A DNA stretch of 64,000 nucleotides from the NCBI GenBank assembly GCA_036012755.1, contig DASCPX010000047.1, positions 70,560 through 134,559 on the forward strand, given 5' to 3'. Every line of letters starts with the position of its first letter. The first letter of the stretch is position 1. The translations under genes were made by a program, and so were the position numbers. The notes below the pieces were generated by a model, which saw nothing but the letters and a program-made list of their open reading frames with translations, ran no database searches and was not told the origin of the DNA. This document shows, piece after piece, positions 58,192 through 64,000 of the stretch. Source of the DNA: Myxococcota bacterium (lineage in GTDB: Bacteria; Myxococcota_A; UBA796; CAJQPC01).

Positions 58192-59408
58192 GCAGCACCC
58201 GCCTTGGCCTTCGCTGGCACGGAGCGCTTGCGCTCGGGGTCGAAGAAGGGCTTGTCGACGACCCTTGCCGTGACCTGCCGGCGCTCGAACTCCGGCGTGT
58301 GCTCGACGCGGAGCGGGGTGTCGGTGGCCCCCCACTCCCGGTGGACCTGCCCCAGCGCCAGGTATCGCTTGAGGACCGGAGACCAGACAGAGGAGGTCAC
58401 CTGGCCCACCTGTCGCCGGCCGGTGGGGTCGTAGAGCGGCACAGACGAGCGGCAGGCCGACGGCGCGAGGTGTGGCGGGAGCCCGTAGGCGTCGTAGAGC
58501 CTCTCGAGCTCGGGCCAGTCGAACTCCAGGCCGACCAGCTCCCACTTGGGACCGCGCTCCCGCTCGGACGACAGCGCCGCCTGGCCGACGAAGGGGTCCC
58601 GCTCGAGCTCGACCGTCCAGCCGAGGCCGGCATCCTCCGGCGTCGACAGCAGGCTCTTGGTGATGCAGGCTTTTGCGGTGACGTAGTCGACGCCCTGGAG
58701 GACGAAGCCCGCCTCGATGCGCGTGACGTCCATCGCGTCGAGGCCCGCTGGCTCGATGCCGAAGACCCGACCAGCCTGCAGCAGGCTGTCCCAGACGCCG
58801 AGAGCGTCCTCGTTGTCCATCCAGATCTCGTAGCCGAGGTCGCCCGTGTAGCCGGTGCGCGAGATCCAGACCGGGTGGCCGGCGAGGGTGGTCCGGCGGA
58901 CCCGGAAGAAGCGCATCCGGTTCATGTCGAACTCGACGATCGGCTCGAGGATCTTCCGCGCCATCGGCCCCTGCAGCGACAGCACGGCGATGCGCTGGCT
59001 CGTGTCCTCGATCTGCACGTCGAGGCCGCGGGACCACCGATGCAGCCAGCGGTACCAGGGCTCGGACGAGGACATCCGGTAGTGCTCGGGGCCGAGTCGA
59101 GCGATCGTCCCATCGTCCAGGCACCAGCCGTGCTCGTCACAGAGCGCGCTGTAGACCACGCGACCGACGCTGATCTTCGAGATGTCACGGGTCCACACCC
59201 GGGACAGGAGCTTGCCCGCGTCAGGGCCCTTCACGTCGAGCTTGTACAGCGGCGTGACGTCGATCAGCCCGGCCGTGTACCTGAAGGCTACGTACTCGCG
59301 CTCGGAGTGACGGTCGTAGTTACAGACGGCGGCGTACCCAGCCCACTCCTTCCATGCGAGGGAGTGGCACAGGGCCGCGGTGCGCGGGTGGAAGGGGGTG
59401 TGCCGCAC
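58188..59408 (-). CDS. Aminomethyltransferase (GcvT-like) family protein
   Basis: TPFHPR, DVTPLYK, GPDA, DDGT, LQGP, SRTGYTGDLGYEIW, RIEAG, PFFDP.RKR. Confidence 0.92.
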   Translation of the reverse strand: MRHTPFHPRTAALCHSLAWKEWAGYAAVCNYDRHSEREYVAFRYTAGLIDVTPLYKLDVKGPDAGKLLSRVWTRDISKISVGRVVYSALCDEHGWCLDDGTIARLGPEHYRMSSSEPWYRWLHRWSRGLDVQIEDTSQRIAVLSLQGPMARKILEPIVEFDMNRMRFFRVRRTTLAGHPVWISRTGYTGDLGYEIWMDNEDALGVWDSLLQAGRVFGIEPAGLDAMDVTRIEAGFVLQGVDYVTAKACITKSLLSTPEDAGLGWTVELERDPFVGQAALSSERERGPKWELVGLEFDWPELERLYDAYGLPPHLAPSACRSSVPLYDPTGRRQVGQVTSSVWSPVLKRYLALGQVHREWGATDTPLRVEHTPEFERRQVTARVVDKPFFDPERKRSVPAKAKAGAA

Positions 59409-59415
59409 CTCAGGG

Positions 59416-59757
59416 TCAGCCGCCCTTGCACTGGGCGTCGCCGGTGTCGTCGACGAGGCAGTTGAGAGTGGTGCCGCCTGTCAGGTTCATCCAGTCGGCG
59501 CCAGCGGGCAGGATCACCATCTTGCACTGGTCGCCGTCGACCAGGGTGAGCGTGCCCTGACCATCCACGAGATCCACGGTCTGGGTGGTGCCGGTGTCCT
59601 TGCAGATGCTCTGGATCTGCTCGGCTTCCGTGCCGACGCTCACGAAGACGCGGTGTGCGGGGTTGACGGGCGCCTCCTCGACGGCGGCCTCCGGGGCGGG
59701 TTCCGGGTCCTTCTTCTTGCAGGAAAAGAGGGGCAGAGCGAGCAGCAGGGCAGACAT
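59416..59757 (-). CDS. Small lipoprotein
   Basis: GGAGG RBS; MSALLLALPLFSC; four further Cys. Confidence 0.7.
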   Translation of the reverse strand: MSALLLALPLFSCKKKDPEPAPEAAVEEAPVNPAHRVFVSVGTEAEQIQSICKDTGTTQTVDLVDGQGTLTLVDGDQCKMVILPAGADWMNLTGGTTLNCLVDDTGDAQCKGG

Positions 59758-59914
59758 GATTTCCTCCGAAGACCAAGGGCTATCACCTGCCGGGCGAAGG
59801 CGCCTTCTCGCCAGGCCGCGCGCCCGGGACCTGCCTCCGCGGAGGGAGCCAGAAAGGTCGTCACACCAGCGCGGGGGCGGACGTGCCAGCGAGTCGACAC
59901 CTGCGAGGTTTTTC

Positions 59915-61491
59915 ATGTTGTTCTTGCTGCTTACAGCTGGTTGCGGGCCGGACTACAAGCTCAGCCCGGATCACGACGTTGACGACCTCGATCCTGGTGA
60001 CAGGGAGCCGGACATCTCGGTCGACCCCGAGCTGTGGGACTTCGGCTCACTCTCCGCAGGCGAGACCTCGACGGTCCCGATTCGAATCGTCAACGACGGC
60101 GACGCCGACCTGTTGATCACGGGAATCTCCGGCCCCGGCGCCCCCTACGATGTCGGAGTTGTGGACTCGGTCCTCGTCCCCCCCGGAGGTGCCACCACCT
60201 TCGACGTGAGCTTCTTCCCGGACACCGCCAAGCAGTACGACGCGGAGGTGTCATCGACAGCAATGACCCGGCCGAGCCCACGCTGGCTGTTCCTCTGTCG
60301 GGCCTGGGCATCGCCCCGCTGATCGAGCTCGCCCCGGAGGAGTACGACTTCGGGACGCTGTATGTCGGCTGTGAGGCGGAGCTGCCCCTGACGATCACGA
60401 ACATCGGAAACGCCACCCTGGTCGTCGACGACCTCGTCTACAGCACCGGCTCCACCGATCTTTCGCTCGAGGACACGGAGCCGGTGCCCTGGGAGCTCGA
60501 GCCCCTCGACGTGGTCGAGCTCTGGGTCGACTTCGCACCCCTCGACGAGTACCAGGACATCGCGTATTTGCAGGCATACAGCAACGACCCGGCGACGCCG
60601 ATCGCGCGGGCGACCCAGACAGGTGGTGGCAGCCTCGCGGGAGAGAACACCGACCTCTTCGAGCAGCCCATCAACGGCGCCACGGACATCCTCTTCGCCC
60701 TCGACTGGTCGGGCTCGATGAGCGACAACATCGGCAACGTCCAGTCGAACTTCGGCGTCTTCGTGACCACGCTGGCCTCGATGGACGCGGACTACCAGGT
60801 GGCGGTCGTGACCGACGACGACGGCTGCATCGAGTACCCGTCGGGCACCCAGCCCTGGATCGACAACACCCTGGCCCTGTCCGACCAGCAGGACATCTTC
60901 GACACGATGGTGAACGATGGCTCACCAGGCAGCAACACCGAGCGGGCCTTCATGCTGCTCGAGGCGGCGCTGAAGACCTCGAACATCTCGACCGGTGGCT
61001 GCAACGAGGGCTTCTACCGCGAGGACGCCACCCTGGCCCTCGTCGGTGTGTCCGACGAGCCGGAGCAGAGCACCAACCCCTACAGCTACTACATCTCGCT
61101 CTTCCAGGGCCTCAAGTCGTCCAGCGACGACGTGGTCATGCACGCGATCGGCGGGGACTACCCCGGAGGCTGCTCCGGGGCCGAGCCATACACGGGCTTC
61201 TACGAAGCGACGGTCGCCACGGGCGGGGTCTTCCTCAGCATCTGCGCCACCGACTTCGGCTCCCACCTGGAGACCCTCGCGGAGGGCAGCGTCTCCGATC
61301 TCAGCAGCTTCGAGCTCACCGCCTACCCGGTGGTCGGGACCATCGAGGTCACGGTCAACGGCATCCCCTCGACCATCGGCTGGAGCTACGCCGCGACGGA
61401 CAACAGCATCGTCTTCGATGATGACTACATCCCAGAGGGCGGCTCCACGGTCGAGGTCGCCTACGCGCTGCCCGGAGACTGTGGCGGCTGA
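59915..61491 (+). pseudogene. Lipoprotein with two Ig-like (choice-of-anchor D/ASH-like) domains and a vWA domain; apparent one-base deletion near 60247-60252
   Basis: TAGC lipobox; IVNDGDADL and ITNIGNATL; ...YDAEV continues as VIDSNDP in another frame; MIDAS-like DWSGSM, VSDEPEQS. Confidence 0.75.
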
Positions 61492-61500
61492 AGCTGGCGC

Positions 61501-62511
61501 TCAGGGGAGCGGGAGCCCCTCTCGCTCGCCGTCCATCAGGACCTCGTGCAACACGGCGTAGCTCTGCCACAGCCTGGTCGGGTCGACCTTGTCCGCCGAG
61601 TCGCGAGGGCCGTGGAGGTTGCCGGTGGGGATGCAGAAGCAGCCGCCGACGTAGTCCCACAGGTCGATGAGCTCGCAGGACGACATGAAGAGCACCTCGG
61701 TGGAGCTCCTCGAGGTGAAGTAGGAGCGCTGGGGCAGGAGCGCGCCGGGCATGTTGAACATCGCTGATCGGCCGATGTCGAGACCAGGCCCGTTCCGGGC
61801 GAATGGGGCGTGGTCGGAGGATGCGCCGGGCGGGATCGTGCCCTCCTCCAGGGGCACACCGAGCTCACGGGCGGCCTGGAGCGAGGCCCGCGTCATCTCC
61901 GCGTTCGAGACATCGGCCATCACGCAGTTGCCTGTCGTCCTCAGCCCCGTCGTGTCGATGTTCACCGCGAGCGCGATGCGGTCCTTGTCCTCGGCCGAGA
62001 GCCGCGCGAGGTGAGCGCGGGTACCCCGCAGGCCTGACTCCTCGCTCCCGGCGAGCAGGATCCGGTAGGTGTAGCGGCGCTCGGGCAGCTCGTTGAGGTC
62101 GGCCGCGAGCTGGAGCACGACGGCGACCCCCGTGGCGTTGTCCACTGCGCCGTCGCTCAGGAAACTCCAGCTCACCAGTGGGTGGAGCGCTCCGTTGAGC
62201 ATCGTCGAGACGACCGTCAACAGGTTGAGGTCGACCTTGTCGTAGTGGGCGACCAGGTAGACGACGTCGTCACCGCCCGGGAGCTCGATCACGACGTTCT
62301 TCTGGACCGAGAACCAGTCGATCCACTCCCGCTCGATGTCCTCGAGCCCGAGCTCCCGCGCTCGCTCCGCCGCGGCATGGCCTCGCTGGACGTTGAAGTT
62401 CGCGTCCACGACCGCCTGGGTCGAGGCGACGAGCTCGTGTGCCTCGTCGGGGGCGCCCGATGCCGCCGGAGGAACCTGGTGGGAGCATGCGAGAAGAAGG
62501 GCCACAGTCAT
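61501..62511 (-). CDS. M28-family peptidase, putative lipoprotein
   Basis: LLAC; AHYD, GAVDNATG, EESGLRG, NID, SDHAPF, HGPRD. Confidence 0.85.
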   Translation of the reverse strand: MTVALLLACSHQVPPAASGAPDEAHELVASTQAVVDANFNVQRGHAAAERARELGLEDIEREWIDWFSVQKNVVIELPGGDDVVYLVAHYDKVDLNLLTVVSTMLNGALHPLVSWSFLSDGAVDNATGVAVVLQLAADLNELPERRYTYRILLAGSEESGLRGTRAHLARLSAEDKDRIALAVNIDTTGLRTTGNCVMADVSNAEMTRASLQAARELGVPLEEGTIPPGASSDHAPFARNGPGLDIGRSAMFNMPGALLPQRSYFTSRSSTEVLFMSSCELIDLWDYVGGCFCIPTGNLHGPRDSADKVDPTRLWQSYAVLHEVLMDGEREGLPLP

Positions 62512-62532
62512 CCGCGTTGCGTACCATGGGGC

Positions 62533-62805
62533 ATGCCCAAGGTCGTACTGTCCGATGCCCTCGGCGCCCTGAAGGAAGCCCTCGGTGGCGCCGAGGAGCT
62601 CAGCACAGCGGACCGGCGGGCGCTCGTCGCCCTTCACGACGAGATCGAGCTGGTGCTGGAGCGCACAGAGGAGATCCAGGGGGAGGGGGGCCAGAAGGTC
62701 CAGGCCTCTGCCCTCGGCGTGGTGGGCCGACTGGAGAGCCGCCACCCCGTGCTGGCCGAGGCCCTTGGACGCGTCGCGGATACGCTCTCTTCCCTGGGCA
62801 TCTGA
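62533..62805 (+). CDS. DUF4404-like small protein
   Basis: C-terminal LESRHPVLA..L..VADTLSSLGI. Confidence 0.7.
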   Translation: MPKVVLSDALGALKEALGGAEELSTADRRALVALHDEIELVLERTEEIQGEGGQKVQASALGVVGRLESRHPVLAEALGRVADTLSSLGI

Positions 62806-62850
62806 GCCCGGGTTCCGCGCCGTCGCCCAGGCGGTGTCGATAGGACGAAC

Positions 62851-63342
62851 ATGCTGCTGATCCTCAGCGTCGCCGTCGCCGCCGATGTCTCGGTCTCCTA
62901 CTTCGGCGAGGCCGCCATCCACCCGGGGGTCAGCGCCGAGCTGACCACCGAGATCTGGTCCCGGACCAACACCCGCCGCGTGCCTGCCACGCGGAGCCTC
63001 GCGGTCGGCCCGCGCACCGCCTGGTCCTGGCATCCCGGCAGCCAGAACGTGATCCTCGTCGGCCCCGAGCTGCTCTACCAGAAACGCAGGCGCCTGCGCT
63101 GGGACGCGGTGCTCGGTCTCTCCGTCGCACGGTCGATGCCCATCGGCGCCAGCGTGAACGTCGACGGTAGCCGCAACCTGGTAGGCGGATCCTGGCACGC
63201 CTCGCCCTCGCTCGGCCTCGGCTTCGGCGGCGGCGAGGAGCTGCGGTGGCACGTCCGCCCGACGGTCTACGGGCTGTCCCACTGGAACGCCGTCTGGTCC
63301 CCCTGGGTCGCGTTGGAGACGGGGGTCACGTGGTCGCTCTGA
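62851..63342 (+). CDS. Exported hypothetical protein, possible small beta-barrel
   Basis: Hydrophobic N-terminus, amphipathic strands, overlaps next gene. Confidence 0.6.
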   Translation: MLLILSVAVAADVSVSYFGEAAIHPGVSAELTTEIWSRTNTRRVPATRSLAVGPRTAWSWHPGSQNVILVGPELLYQKRRRLRWDAVLGLSVARSMPIGASVNVDGSRNLVGGSWHASPSLGLGFGGGEELRWHVRPTVYGLSHWNAVWSPWVALETGVTWSL

Positions 63343-64000
63343 TCCTGCAGGCCTGCAGCGGTCCCCTCGACGAGCAGGTCTGGCTCTCGGTCGACGGCGC
63401 CGATCTCCGCCTGCGCATGCAAGGCGACACCTCGAGTGGGCTGTGGGTCGTGCTGCTGCACGGGGGTCCAGGCGGAAACGGCCACGAGTACGACCTCGGC
63501 CTCTGGAAGGACGAGCTCGAGACAGAGGGCGTGCTCGTGACCTGGGACCAGCGAGGGCAGGGCGCCAGCCGGGGCAGCTACGACCCCGAGACCATCACCC
63601 TTCAGCGCATGGCCGACGACACCGAAGCCGGCGTGTCCTACGTGCGCAGCCGGGCGGGGGCAGAAGCCGACATCGTCCTCATGGGCCACAGCTGGGGCGG
63701 CACCCTGGGCACCGCCGCCCTGTTGCGCACCGACGTGCAGGGCGAGCTCGCGGGCTGGGTCGAGTCCGACGGGGCCCACGACATCCCGCGGCTGAACCGC
63801 TACGCGATCCAGATGTTCAAGGACGTCGGCAAGCAGGAGATCGAGGCCGGGCGCAACGTGCGGACCTGGCGCGAGATCGTGGACTTCGCCCAAGGAGTCG
63901 ATCCGGACGACATCAGCCTCGACGAGGGCAGCGAGATCAACCGCTACGGCTTCACCGCCGAGGAGCTCCTGGTCGACGGCTGGGACCAGAGCGTCGGTGG
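63330..64000 (+). CDS. Alpha/beta hydrolase (proline iminopeptidase-like) lipoprotein, cut by window end
   Basis: GTG at 63330; MVALILQAC; LHGGPG, WDQRGQG, GHSWGG; no stop before the end. Confidence 0.85.
   Translation, partial: MVALILQACSGPLDEQVWLSVDGADLRLRMQGDTSSGLWVVLLHGGPGGNGHEYDLGLWKDELETEGVLVTWDQRGQGASRGSYDPETITLQRMADDTEAGVSYVRSRAGAEADIVLMGHSWGGTLGTAALLRTDVQGELAGWVESDGAHDIPRLNRYAIQMFKDVGKQEIEAGRNVRTWREIVDFAQGVDPDDISLDEGSEINRYGFTAEELLVDGWDQSVG

Overview
GC-rich bacterial DNA that looks Myxococcota-related (inferred from a Myxococcus-type LexA box, a MYXO-CTERM-like sorting signal, AgmX/PglI-type C-terminal domains and Asp/Cys-rich MopE-related repeats). The main feature is a ~25 kb flagellar cluster (9.5-34.6 kb): flhA, fliA, flgFGAHIJMNKL, two short flagellins, fliDS, a PilZ-like gene, an OM beta-barrel, a large TPR protein, flgBC, fliEFGHI. 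Almost every transcription unit in it, including the early structural genes, has a sigma28-like promoter. Also present: a 1694-aa protein that seems to be a polyprotein (surface adhesin + internal MYXO-CTERM-like signal + second signal peptide + beta-barrel/OmpA, reminiscent of a TraA-TraB fusion); an HDOD protein with a degenerate GGDEF domain; a transglutaminase-elicitor-family lipoprotein with an inserted ComEA helix-hairpin-helix module; an imuA-imuB-dnaE2 cassette with two LexA-like boxes, interrupted by a small ORF and a ~205 bp MITE-like element; and a GcvT-like gene with two phytoene-dehydrogenase-like genes. Two apparent single-base frameshifts and one in-frame stop suggest residual sequencing errors or recent pseudogenisation. 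No rRNA, tRNA or CRISPR was seen. All family calls are by eye from motifs and gene order, not from database searches.
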